A DNA stretch of 34,868 bases from assembly GCF_001194135.2 (NCBI RefSeq), contig NC_068987.1:32362838-32397705 (forward strand), in the 5' to 3' direction. The notes under the pieces are model-generated. The model had not been told where the DNA came from, made no database searches, and worked only from the letters and a program-made list of their open reading frames with translations. Of the stretch, positions 23,585 through 34,868 are shown one piece after another (positions within the stretch are counted from its first letter, which is position 1; each line of letters starts with the position of its first letter). The DNA comes from Octopus bimaculoides (taxonomy: Eukaryota). The position numbers and the translations under genes are program-made.

Positions 23585-23680
23585 AGTATAAATGTTTATC
23601 CATGAACGCAAGGAATCTCTTACCGATGTTTGTTTTTATATTAAGGGAAAAAGAGGGGCAAACCAAATAATCTTTCTCAA
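23585..23680 (-). mobile_element. Penelope-like fragment, inverted duplicate of 23720-23812
   Basis: RKIIWFAPSFSLNIKTNIGKRFLAFMDKHL versus the plus-strand LFALPFYINIKKNIGKRFLVLLDKHFP. Confidence 0.85.
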
Positions 23681-23719
23681 ATAATATTTCTTCGATTACT
23701 TTATACATAGAAATAGGCC

Positions 23720-24392
23720 AAGAAAGATTTTGTTTGCCCTTCCTTTTTATATTAATATAAAAAAAAACATCGGTAAAAGATTCCTTGTGCTCCTGGATAA
23801 GCACTTTCCGAAAGACCACGAATACACGAAATCTTTTAACAGGAGTTCGGTGAAACTATCATATAGCTGCTGTCCGAATATGAAAAGTATCATCACACGC
23901 GGCCAACGACAGAAGAGTGAATCCGGATGTAACTGTCGTGACCCAGAATCCTGCTCGCTTGACGAACGATGCATGACGGAATCTATTGTATATGGAGTCA
24001 AAGTTATTACAATCCTAACGACAAGCATGTAATTGATAACAAAACTTACATCGGGTTATGTGAAGGAGTTTTCAAAAACCGCTATGCAAACCATTTCCCA
24101 ACCTTCCATCATAGTGAGAAAAGTAAAGCGATGAAGTTGGCTTGCTACGTTTGGGACTTGAAAGGGGAAAAAAATACCATACGTAATTAAATGGAGAGTG
24201 ATTGAAAAGTCTTCATCGTACGTAAATGGTTCAAATAAATGTAGGCTTTGTTTGGCTGAAAGGGTACACATTTTACGTCGATCTAAGATCCCCAAAGTAA
24301 TCTTGAACTCAAGATCAGAAATTTTCAGCAGATGCAAGCGTATGCATAAATATCTCTTAAAAAACTGGAAGATACCACCCATTCTTGATTGA
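23720..24392 (+). pseudogene. Penelope-like element GIY-YIG endonuclease region (Neptune-like Cys-rich linker); no RT in view
   Basis: NIGKRFLVLLDKHFP, FNRSSVKLSYSCCPNM, CNCRDPESCSLDERCMTESIVY, TYIGLCE, FKNRYANH, CRLCLAE, LNSRSEIFSRC; frameshifted. Confidence 0.93.
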
Positions 24393-24894
24393 CTGGTCAT
24401 CAAATAATTCATCTTTTGTCGTCTGGTGGCGACACTTATATTTTTTCTCCTTTCATCGTGTCACCTTATATCTATGTTTATATTTACATTCAGGTTTATT
24501 ATTTATATTTCATAGTCATATATTTTTCTATATTTTCTCATATTTATTTATCATATTTTTCATATTTTCTCAGGTATATTTTTTTCATATTTTTTGTATA
24601 TATTCTTTTTCATATTTTTCATATATTTATATCCTTTTGTATATTTCATATTTGTATACATCCTTTTAATTTTTTTCTATCATTTCTTATATTATTAAAC
24701 CTCCTAATTTATTTTTATTACTTTTTTATTATATTTTATATTATATTGTACGATTATATTATATTACATCCATCCACATTACTTAGATCATTTTAAGGTT
24801 TCCACCCTTTTCACAGTTCGCTTTAGTGGTACCTTCCACCCGATCTGTTTATATTCAGTCCATTATTGAAACTGCTTAGTTCGGTAGAAATGTC

Positions 24895-24947
24895 CACGCC
24901 TGAGAAACGTACGTGGGTCCTGTGTACGTGAAATTATTAGTAGCGTG
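24895..24947 (+). ncRNA. Degenerate hammerhead ribozyme in the Penelope 3' region
   Basis: CACGC-CTGAGAA-ACGTAC(11 nt)GTACGT-GAAA-TTATTA-GTA-GCGTG; stems I and II are perfect, and the core deviates from CTGANGA at G8. Confidence 0.65.
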
Positions 24948-25069
24948 ATTTATACTTGTGAGGTGATCATAAAAGAACTATATATATATATATATATATA
25001 TATATCTTTATACATACATACATACATACATACATTTCAATTTTTTCTCTCCGTGTTTTTCTCCTTGTC

Positions 25070-25200
25070 TCCGTATTCTTTCTGTTGAAGAGCGTAGCTC
25101 GAAACGTCAAAGACTTTCCGTATTCCCGAGCGTCATACTAATACATCCTTTTGTTATTTACACCACCTGTCCTCGTCTGTTGTTGTTTTTTCGTATATTC
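25070..25200 (+). mobile_element. Short repeat carrying a hammerhead-like motif, copy 1
   Basis: TCTTT-CTGTTGA-A-GAGC-GTA-GCTC-GAAA-C-GTC-AAAGA (25077-25113); more than 100 bp are homologous to 31780-31900. Confidence 0.7.
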
Positions 25201-25801
25201 TCCNNNNNNNNNNNNNNNNNNNNNNNNNNNNNNNNNNNNNNNNNNNNNNNNNNNNNNNNNNNNNNNNNNNNNNNNNNNNNNNNNNNNNNNNNNNNNNNNN
25301 NNNNNNNNNNNNNNNNNNNNNNNNNNNNNNNNNNNNNNNNNNNNNNNNNNNNNNNNNNNNNNNNNNNNNNNNNNNNNNNNNNNNNNNNNNNNNNNNNNNN
25401 NNNNNNNNNNNNNNNNNNNNNNNNNNNNNNNNNNNNNNNNNNNNNNNNNNNNNNNNNNNNNNNNNNNNNNNNNNNNNNNNNNNNNNNNNNNNNNNNNNNN
25501 NNNNNNNNNNNNNNNNNNNNNNNNNNNNNNNNNNNNNNNNNNNNNNNNNNNNNNNNNNNNNNNNNNNNNNNNNNNNNNNNNNNNNNNNNNNNNNNNNNNN
25601 NNNNNNNNNNNNNNNNNNNNNNNNNNNNNNNNNNNNNNNNNNNNNNNNNNNNNNNNNNNNNNNNNNNNNNNNNNNNNNNNNNNNNNNNNNNNNNTATATA
25701 TATAATTTTTCATAGTAAACTATGTAATCGTTACCAATATCCATTGATATGGATATTAGCGTCAAATATCTCTCTTAAATGTAAAAATTTAAAACTTTGG
25801 A

Positions 25802-25832
<31 letters not shown>

Positions 25833-26569
25833 GTATATATATATGTTTTATGTTTACATACACAAACACACACTAACACACAGACACAGGCACACATATT
25901 CATGCATAGATATATGTATGAATGTTTATATGCATCATATCTCCGAGTTAAGCTTGTTCATATCTTCCATCTCCCTCTGTGTTTTCATGTCAGGTTCCAC
26001 GCGGTGACATGTAATTTTATCTAATTAAGACCATCTCAAGTCACGAACCAATCCATCTATGCTTCTGCAGTAATGTACAGTGGGGTGTTTTGAGCAGAGC
26101 CGGGTCAGCCCTTGAAAGGTTCAGCCTAATATGAACGTTGAAGGTATCAAAGAATCTGAAAAATAAAACTGGTTCTCCTGTGTAATTTTCTGACTCTTTC
26201 ATTACGACACAAATATTTGAAGCTGCTTTGTTGGATGGCGGTTATATATGAATGGTTCATGACATTTTGAATAAGCCCAGGAAGGAACACTCGACTAAAG
26301 AAAGATTATATAATCACCTACCTAACTACTTAAAATATAAAACATAATTCTATATATGTAAATACACACACACATACACGCATATATTGTATATGTATAT
26401 ATACATATATATGTATGTCTATACATATAAACATATACATATACATATATGTATATATACATATATACACACACACATATATAAATACTCATGTGTATGA
26501 GTGTATGAATATGGGCTTGCGTTAGTGTATCACTATGTATGGAGAAAAGAAGAAAGAGAGAAAGAGGGA

Positions 26570-26750
<181 letters not shown>

Positions 26751-26945
26751 TGATTTATTTCGGAAATATCCGTATTTGACTAAGATGACCCGCAGGAAAA
26801 CGATGTAGGCATGAGAAAATAATCCGCTGCACTAAAGCAATATCTTTTATCAATATATACTAACTATAGTATATGCATGTATGTATATATGTATGTATAT
26901 ATGTATACATACATATATATGTATGTATACATATATATATGTATA

Positions 26946-26976
<31 letters not shown>

Positions 26977-28057
26977 AGTATGTATATGTATATATATATA
27001 TATATGTATACACATGTATGTATATTTGTATATCTATATCTATATGTATGTATATATATGTAAATATGTATATATATATATATATNNNNNNNNNNNNNNN
27101 NNNNNNNNNNNNNNNNNNNNNNNNNNNNNNNNNNNNNNNNNNNNNNNNNNNNNNNNNNNNNNNNNNNNNNNNNNNNNNNNNNNNNNNNNNNNNNNNNNNN
27201 NNNNNNNNNNNNNNNNNNNNNNNNNNNNNNNNNNNNNNNNNNNNNNNNNNNNNNNNNNNNNNNNNNNNNNNNNNNNNNNNNNNNNNNNNNNNNNNNNNNN
27301 NNNNNNNNNNNNNNNNNNNNNNNNNNNNNNNNNNNNNNNNNNNNNNNNNNNNNNNNNNNNNNNNNNNNNNNNNNNNNNNNNNNNNNNNNNNNNNNNNNNT
27401 ATATATATATATATATAGATAGATGTACACACACACATATATATAAGAACACGCGCACCACATATACGTTTCTGCACATAGGAGAGAGAGATAGTGAGTG
27501 AATGAGAGAAAGAAATTGAGAGAAAGAGAAGGAGAGGAATAGATAGCACAGTTGATGGGGATTTGATAAACAGAAGGAAAAATAGATTTAACAGATATAT
27601 AAGAATATACATACAATAGATATTTACATAGGCATATTGATAGCTAGCTATCTCGGCAACCAGATGAAAGAGACAAATAAAGAGGTAGATGCAGGTAGAT
27701 AAACTGGTACATTGATAAGCCTATAGGTAGTGAGATAGTAAACTATAGAGAAAGCGGAAAAACGGAGAACAGCCCGCTCTTTTTTCCCCTTCAACACACA
27801 AACAGATGTAAAATATATAAGGTATGAAGAATGAAGAAAATAGTGAATCACTTTTCTCCTGTGATAGACAATGCCTAAAACAACAGCAGGAATGATGGTA
27901 AGGACCGAGATCGACAGCTATAAGCCCCTCCACACATATACACAAACATTCACCGATCTCACACACACACACACACACACATGCACGTACGCAAGCACGC
28001 ACGCACGCACACACACAAATATACACACACAGATACATGCACAGAAACCCACACTTC

Positions 28058-28083
28058 AAATAATAATAATAATAATAATAATA

Positions 28084-28149
<66 letters not shown>

Positions 28150-28150
28150 G
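28058..28150. repeat. (AAT)n microsatellite
   Basis: Direct reading of the sequence. Confidence 0.97.
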
Positions 28151-28847
28151 ATTATCAGCGAAATGATTATAGGTTTGCAGAAAGTAAAATATTTTGTTTC
28201 CTTTTCATTACGACAGAANNNNNNNNNNNNNNNNNNNNNNNNNNNNNNNNNNNNNNNNNNNNNNNNNNNNNNNNNNNNNNNNNNNNNNNNNNNNNNNNNN
28301 NNNNNNNNNNNNNNNNNNNNNNNNNNNNNNNNNNNNNNNNNNNNNNNNNNNNNNNNNNNNNNNNNNNNNNNNNNNNNNNNNNNNNNNNNNNNNNNNNNNN
28401 NNNNNNNNNNNNNNNNNNNNNNNNNNNNNNNNNNNNNNNNNNNNNNNNNNNNNNNNNNNNNNNNNNNNNNNNNNNNNNNNNNNNNNNNNNNNNNNNNNNN
28501 NNNNNNNNNNNNNNNNNNNNNNNNNNNNNNNNNNNNNNNNNNNNNNNNNNNNNNNNNNNNNNNNNNNNNNNNNNNNNNNNNNNNNNNNNNNNNNNNNNNN
28601 NNNNNNNNNNNNNNNNNNNNNNNNNNNNNNNNNNNNNNNNNNNNNNNNNNNNNNNNNNNNNNNNNNNNNNNNNNNNNNNNNNNNNNNNNNNNNNNNNNNN
28701 NNNNNNNNNNNNNNNNNNNNNNNNNNNNNNNNNNNNNNNNNNNNNNNNNNATATATACATACATATATACATACACACATATATGATGAACATATATGCA
28801 TTTACACGCATATATATATCTATATATATATATATATAGATATATAC

Positions 28848-28900
<53 letters not shown>

Positions 28901-28914
28901 TATACATACACACA

Positions 28915-28970
<56 letters not shown>

Positions 28971-30421
28971 AATATATATATGTGTGTGTGTGTGCATATA
29001 TCTATGTATGTATACCTAAAGACATATACGTATGTACGTATTTATGTGTGTGTAAAAAGACATGAAGCAATACCTCCTTACCAAAACACCATCACCTCCA
29101 ACACGCCATCGACAAGAGCAGCAGCAACAATTGCAACAACAAATATCAAGAAACGAAATCAAATACAAAACAGATAAAACCACCACACGTGAGGAGGAAA
29201 CAATATGAATAACATAAACAATATACAAATACATACATACATACATACATACATACATACATACATAACTCTGTGTATGAGTGTGTATGTATATATGTAT
29301 ATGTACATATATACACATACACATACATATATGTATGTATGTGTGTATATATGTATGTATATATATGTATATATATGTATGTATATATATATATATATAN
29401 NNNNNNNNNNNNNNNNNNNNNNNNNNNNNNNNNNNNNNNNNNNNNNNNNNNNNNNNNNNNNNNNNNNNNNNNNNNNNNNNNNNNNNNNNNNNNNNNNNNN
29501 NNNNNNNNNNNNNNNNNNNNNNNNNNNNNNNNNNNNNNNNNNNNNNNNNNNNNNNNNNNNNNNNNNNNNNNNNNNNNNNNNNNNNNNNNNNNNNNNNNNN
29601 NNNNNNNNNNNNNNNNNNNNNNNNNNNNNNNNNNNNNNNNNNNNNNNNNNNNNNNNNNNNNNNNNNNNNNNNNNNNNNNNNNNNNNNNNNNNNNNNNNNN
29701 NNNNNNNNNNNNNNNNNNNNNNNNNNNNNNNNNNNNNNNNNNNNNNNNNNNNNNNNNNNNNNNNNNNNNNNNNNNNNNNNNNNNNNNNNNNNNNNNNNNN
29801 NNNNNNNNNNNNNNNNNNNNNNNNNNNNNNNNNNNNNNNNNNNNNNNNNNNNNNNNNNNNNNNNNNNNNNNNNNNNNNNNNNNNNNNNNNNNNNNNNNNN
29901 NNNNNNNNNNNNNNNNNNNNNNNNNNNNNNNNNNNNNNNNNNNNNNNNNNNNNNNNNNNNNNNNNNNNNNNNNNNNNNNNNNNNNNNNNNNNNNNNNNNN
30001 NNNNNNNNNNNNNNNNNNNNNNNATAGTAACAATGGCCACAACAGTGGTACAAAATACATTAGTAACACAAGTATGAAACAAAAGCTCGAGTAGCAACAA
30101 CGATTATAGCAACAATAACTAGAACACAAACAGTAACAGCAGTAGCAGCAGTAGCAGCAGCAACCATCAGATGATTAAAGCTTTTTGAAAATACCTTTTA
30201 GTATGCTGGAACGGAAATAAAGAAAGGAGCAAAAGAAAGAAAGAAAGGAAGAAAAAAAAGAACCAAAATAAAAAAAAAAATATCGTCAACATCATCATCA
30301 CATAAAAAGATATAAAGGAAAATGCATTCACACACTTTACATTCACACACACAAAATAGTAGAGAAAAACAAGCAAACAACAAAATTTCATGTCAAAATG
30401 TAAAAAAATTCTCCCAAAAAA

Positions 30422-30506
30422 CTAGGCATCTGGGGCGGTGTAGGCTGCTTCTGTGTAGTCGGCTAGCTTGCTGATGTAACGGTAAACTGGCGACTGGTGT
30501 TTATCT
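30422..30506 (-). CDS. Candidate terminal coding exon of an unidentified gene (DKHQSPVYRYISKLADYTEAAYTAPDA*)
   Basis: GC-rich island in AT-rich DNA; acceptor TTTCTGTTTATTCTGAACACACAG; one frame open to TAG; U-rich UTR-like sequence follows; protein not recognised. Confidence 0.35.
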
Positions 30507-30817
30507 CTGTGTGTTCAGAATAAACAGAAATGCTTGGCAGAATAAAGTACTGCTAATGTGCAGTTTTAGAAGAACATCACTTAACAAACTCAACTAAATT
30601 CTAGCGATTTCTTTCAATGGAAATAATTCTCCCTCTCACACATGCCTGCCTAGTCTGCAAAAAACAAAATAAACAAAAGAACCCCCCAAAAAATACAAAC
30701 AACAATCAACAAAAACAGAAGCAAACAAAAGAAAACAAAAAACCAAAGCAAAAAAATGATGTGAAGCTATTTGACGTGTAAAGTGTGTTGTTTGTTGGTA
30801 GTGAAACAAAGACTGTT

Positions 30818-30858
<41 letters not shown>

Positions 30859-31306
30859 GTGTGTATATATATTTACATATGTGGGTATATACATATATAC
30901 GTATATATGTACATGTATATGTGTATTTAAACAATATACGTCATGAATATGTGTATATTTATATGTATGCACACTCACACGCGCACTCACGCGCATACAC
31001 ACGCAAACACACACACACACGCACACACTCACTCACATATATGTATACACACTGAAATGCTCATAGAAAGAGGACACGAAATAGTTTGTAATCGAAAGCT
31101 GTAAACTGAGGATAAAACTTGATATATGAAATATTTACTCAATAGAAGGTATTGAGTTCTCTTTTAGTTTGCTCGTAGCATTACTGGGAACATATAAACA
31201 GGTTATCAATAATCAAGTTTATAATATATATATATATATATATAAAGTTGAAACTTACTTGCAAGGATGACGCGTGCATTCGATCATGTAATACAAATAA
31301 TATGAG

Positions 31307-31676
31307 TATATGCATATATACGTACATGTATGTACATACCTACATCTACATGTATATATAGATGCATATCTGGGTACAGGACGTTGCAAAATAACGTGGA
31401 CAAAATGATAAACAGAGTACAGAAAACACACAGGCCACACAGAGAACATTTCCTTCATCAGCTGCCCCCATTCTAAAACTAAGCGAACTCTTCGAAACGC
31501 TTAGTTGTAGAATGGAGGCAGCTGATGAAGGAAATATTCTCTATGTGGCCTGTTTGTTTTCTGTACTCTGCTTATCATTTTGTCCACGTTTTTTTGCAAC
31601 GTCTTGTACCCAGATATGCATCTATATATACATGTAGATGTAGGTATGTACATACATGTACGTATATATGCATATA
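31307..31676. repeat. Long inverted repeat: 179-bp arms with a 12-nt loop
   Basis: 31307-31485 versus 31498-31676, 8 mismatches and no gaps; the right arm runs into an N gap. Confidence 0.97.
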
Positions 31677-31779
31677 NNNNNNNNNNNNNNNNNNNNNNNN
31701 NNNNNNNNNNNNNNNNNNNNNNNNNNNNNNNNNNNNNNNNNNNNNNNNNNNNNNNNNTATATATATATATATATATTTC

Positions 31780-31900
31780 TGTGTTCTTTTCTGCAGAAGA
31801 GCGTAGGCTTGAAACGTTAAAGACTTTTTCACTTCTCGAGCGTTATACTAATAATCTGTTTGTTGTCTACACCACCTATCTTCGTCTTTATATAAACTTT
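31780..31900 (+). mobile_element. Short repeat carrying a hammerhead-like motif, copy 2
   Basis: TCTTTT-CTGCAGA-A-GAGC-GTAG-GCTT-GAAA-C-GTT-AAAGA (31785-31823). Confidence 0.7.
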
Positions 31901-31989
31901 ATATAATACTACAAATTCATTTCCAAGCGTCTTCTGAAAGATACATAATTTGTAAGAATACCAACCATTACTGCATCAATAAAATGTTC

Positions 31990-32210
31990 ATTTTCTGATT
32001 TAGGAAGAATACTATCATTTTCGAAGGGTTAGTGTAAGTTATTACTATCGATCTCAGTCCTTAACTGATATTTTATTTTATCGACCCCGAAAGAATGAAT
32101 GGCATTTGATCTCGACTTATTCGAACTCAGAACATGCACCTAAAATCACCTCGAAGAAATATCGCAAGGCATTTCTTCGGAAGCTCTACCGAATTTTCCA
32201 GCTCGACGCC
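31990..32210 (-). mobile_element. SINE family 1, degenerate full-length copy
   Basis: Reverse complement reads GGCGTCGAGCTGG..TCTGAGTTCGAAT..CTTTCGGGGTCGATAAAATAA. Confidence 0.75.
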
Positions 32211-33074
32211 CAGGGAAGTCGTATTTAATTAACGGCAATTGAAGTGAACTTTCAGATGTATCGAAACGTATCTCTGACAGCAGAGATATCAGATCTACTC
32301 ATTGTACAGATTGAAAACCCTGAAAGTAAAATAGAATTTATTAATATAGAAGAATACAAAGTTGACTGACAAACATTATTCTATAATAAGAATCAGTTGA
32401 TCTATATCTAATATATTATGAGATAAGGAAATATTCAATAAAGCTGTCCCTTACAACAACAAAGCTGTCCCTTACAACAACAAAGCATTAACAGGAGATG
32501 GTTTCAAAGACAAACTGAAGTATATAGAACAACTCATATGAAAACCTGCTAAACACGGCAAGAGGAAAACATTATGGCATAACCCACTATATAAGATCAA
32601 TGAGTCTATCATTATAGCCAGAAATGTCCTAACATTAACATGTACACACTTTCTCATTTCATAGGGATACCATAACACCTTCAAAATCTTATGTATATTT
32701 ACTATTTTCTCATTTCTTCATAGCTGTAGGAGCGACTCGATATCGTTATTAAAGAACGACAGAGATATCCCACGATAAGAAAAAAAAATCATATATCGAT
32801 GCAAATGCATTTGTACTTGTAACTGTAATTTATGTGTTGCCTTGAAACTCAAAATATTAACTTTATCCAGTATCAAGTTAAAAAGAAGTGTAATGCAGCA
32901 AATGGAAAAAACAAATCCTTTCCTAAAATCTTAGCCTAAATGCTAAACATTTATTTCATTTGATCTATCATCCTAAGTTTTGCTCTAAACAAGAAGTAAT
33001 TTCTTTTACTCAGAGGAGGAAAGGAGTGAATTAGTCTCACTAAACTGAAAGAAATCGCAGTTAATATATCATGC

Positions 33075-33175
33075 GCGTTAAGCAGCAACCTGATAGAGTC
33101 GTTAGCACGTCGGTCAAAATGCTTAGCAGCCCGTCTTTACGCTCTGCGTTCGAATTCTGCCGAGGTCGACTTTGC
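33075..33175 (+). mobile_element. SINE family 1, 5' half
   Basis: GTCGTTAGCACG..ATGCTTAGC..GTTCGAATTCTGCCGAGGTCGACTTTGC. Confidence 0.8.
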
Positions 33176-33184
33176 TCCCCGCCG

Positions 33185-33375
33185 TCTTCTTAAATTTTGG
33201 AACCAGGCCAGCAATTTCTAGGGAGGGATTACATCAACCTCAGTGCTCAATTGGTACTTATTTTATCAGCTCCGAAAGACTGGAAGGGTAAGTCGATCTC
33301 GGCAGAATTTGAACTCAGAACCTACAGATCGGCAAAATACCGCTAAACATTTCAATCGCCAGCTCGCCGCCTTAT
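33185..33375 (-). mobile_element. SINE family 1, facing the preceding copy tail-to-tail
   Basis: Reverse complement reads AAGGCGGCGAGCTGG..CTGAGTTCAAATTCTGCCGAGATCGACTT..AAGTACC. Confidence 0.85.
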
Positions 33376-33577
33376 AAAAACCTATAAATTAATGAGAAGA
33401 AGACAGTTAGGCCTTATTCTGAATTAGGAGTTCGAAGTATAAAGACTTTCTCTGTTTCTAACTAGATACAACCTTTAACTGTTGGTTAGTGAAGCATGGT
33501 AGAGTTATTTCTACCCTACGACACCACCATATGTTAGTTTAAACCATATCAAATAAAACCTCACCAGTCTGAGAATG

Positions 33578-33579
<2 letters not shown>

Positions 33580-33612
<33 letters not shown>

Positions 33613-33618
33613 CGCACA

Positions 33619-33677
<59 letters not shown>
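33580..33677. repeat. (CA)n microsatellite
   Basis: Direct reading of the sequence. Confidence 0.97.
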
Positions 33678-33680
<3 letters not shown>

Positions 33681-34084
33681 CTTACACGTATATATATATT
33701 TTGCAGCGAGAGAGAAGGGCACTGTTCAGTATAAGATACTGAAGGTTTTTAATATATTCATTTAAATTGAAACTTTGTGCACTATTCAAATTTGCACTCA
33801 TCTCGTATGGCACTGTGGATAAACACAAAAATATCTTAGACACCATCGTAAAGAAAGCGACCAAAGACATGATCCCTAGCTCTGTCCAACCTTTTGTCTA
33901 CTTTATTTCATTATTTCATTATATTGTCTATGAAAGCCGTACACAGATGGAATAGCTGCGGGCTGGACAAAGACATTAATGAGATGAGATGAATGATGAA
34001 CAGGATGATATTAATGAGAGAAGGCAGAAGACGCGCGCCGGTCTCTGCTTCTCTGAAACATTGTTCTTTTGTGAACTTACAATT

Positions 34085-34295
34085 GCGGCAGTAAACCTCT
34101 TACCAATATTTCTTTTGGACTCAAGGTCCTTACAACGAGGCACTATGCCACTTATTACAAATATATGAGGCAACAAACCTCTTACAACTGTTCATTGATA
34201 CAAAAAGGAGGCATTACGCCTCTTACTTTGTTTAAACAGAATAAGGTTTCAAACCCCTCATCAATTCATAACACTGAGGCTTTTCAACCTCTTAT
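34085..34295 (-). other. Array of TAA-GAGG-N7/8-CCTC stem-loop motifs
   Basis: Six clear units plus one degenerate unit; loops differ while stems are retained. Confidence 0.75.
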
Positions 34296-34868
34296 CCATA
34301 TTCCTCCCCAGCATCGTTTGTGACCACATCTTCCGCCATCGCCCATACCTCATTTAAGCACAAAGCGGGTGACGTGTCGGTGTCGCCCGGCCACAAGCGA
34401 TATTCCTCATTGAGCCTCTCCAGCCCTGCAACACGAGCAACGTTATAACATCCACAACTATCTGCGGAGGCCATTCGGGGTCCCGTGTTCAGGTCAAAGT
34501 TGCTCCATTATGGTGCTTTTCCAACACCTTCTCTCACTCTCCGCCTCTGTAGAAGAAGACCAATAATTCTTCTTCCTCCGGGGACGAGGTAGTCACTTCT
34601 GCCGTCGGCGGCACAATTTCCACCGACGGTGGATCTTCCCCCGCCAGTGGCACAACCCCCACCGACGAGGTTCCGGGACATTCCGGTACTATATCACCGA
34701 CTGCCGGCAATGTCCTGTTTTTCTTCCTCTTCCTCTTTTTTCTTCTCACCTGAGGGAGGGTGCGACTCCTCCGTTCACCTCCCCTCCCTCATCCCCAGGA
34801 TCCTTCGGTGAGCACCCATTGTTGCTCACCTTCTTCCTCTTGCAGCCCTTCTTTGAGGAGTCCTCCGC
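34292..34868 (-). pseudogene. Decayed GC-rich ORF, possibly a LINE ORF1/gag-like C-terminus; continues past the window edge
   Basis: Abrupt GC increase; K/R-rich then P/E/V-rich low-complexity frames broken by stops and frameshifts, ending ..ARVAGLERLNEEYRLWPGD..GEEYG*; family assignment is an inference. Confidence 0.45.

Noticed and set aside
26040-26157. Minus-strand acceptor TTTTATTTTTCAG with frame FFDTFNVHIRLNL..
   Set aside because: There is no good donor before the stop and no recognisable protein
27868-27897. 30-nt plus-strand micro-exon (TMPKTTAGMM) with a GTAAGG donor
   Set aside because: It is too short to distinguish from chance without RNA data
29062-29208. 48-aa Gln-rich mini-ORF
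   Set aside because: It is degenerate (CAA/CAG) repeat sequence between microsatellites
31486-31530. Hammerhead halves (CTTC-GAAA-CGC-TTA ... CTGATGA) at the centre of the long hairpin
   Set aside because: Helix III is mismatched and the stem I register is off by one, so it is not a complete ribozyme
32440-32486. 21-bp tandem duplication AAAGCTGTCCCTTACAACAAC
   Set aside because: It is an ordinary slippage duplication with no further structure

Overview
AT-rich eukaryotic genomic DNA with very dense microsatellites and nine N gaps (about 3.1 kb), most of them flanked by (TA)n. The SINE families and repeat landscape suggest a cephalopod, probably Octopus; this is an inference and was not checked against a database. 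No intact protein-coding gene is visible, and nearly all ORF-track entries are microsatellite or gap artefacts. The window is mostly transposon debris: two tRNA-derived SINE families (one full copy with an 11-bp TSD, one trimer with a 16-bp TSD), a DD37D maT remnant, a DD34D mariner pseudogene, two RTE 3' ends, hAT-type MITEs, six fragments of R4/Dong-like restriction-endonuclease (RLE) retrotransposons, a Penelope-like GIY-YIG remnant, and a decayed GC-rich ORF at the right edge. The best leads are RNA-structural: one apparently intact minimal hammerhead ribozyme in a 251-bp repeat unit, two copies of a hammerhead-like repeat with a non-canonical core, a 179-bp-arm hairpin, and an array of GAGG-N7-CCTC stem-loops. 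RLE elements ending in (CATA)n and one candidate terminal exon on the minus strand are also worth checking.
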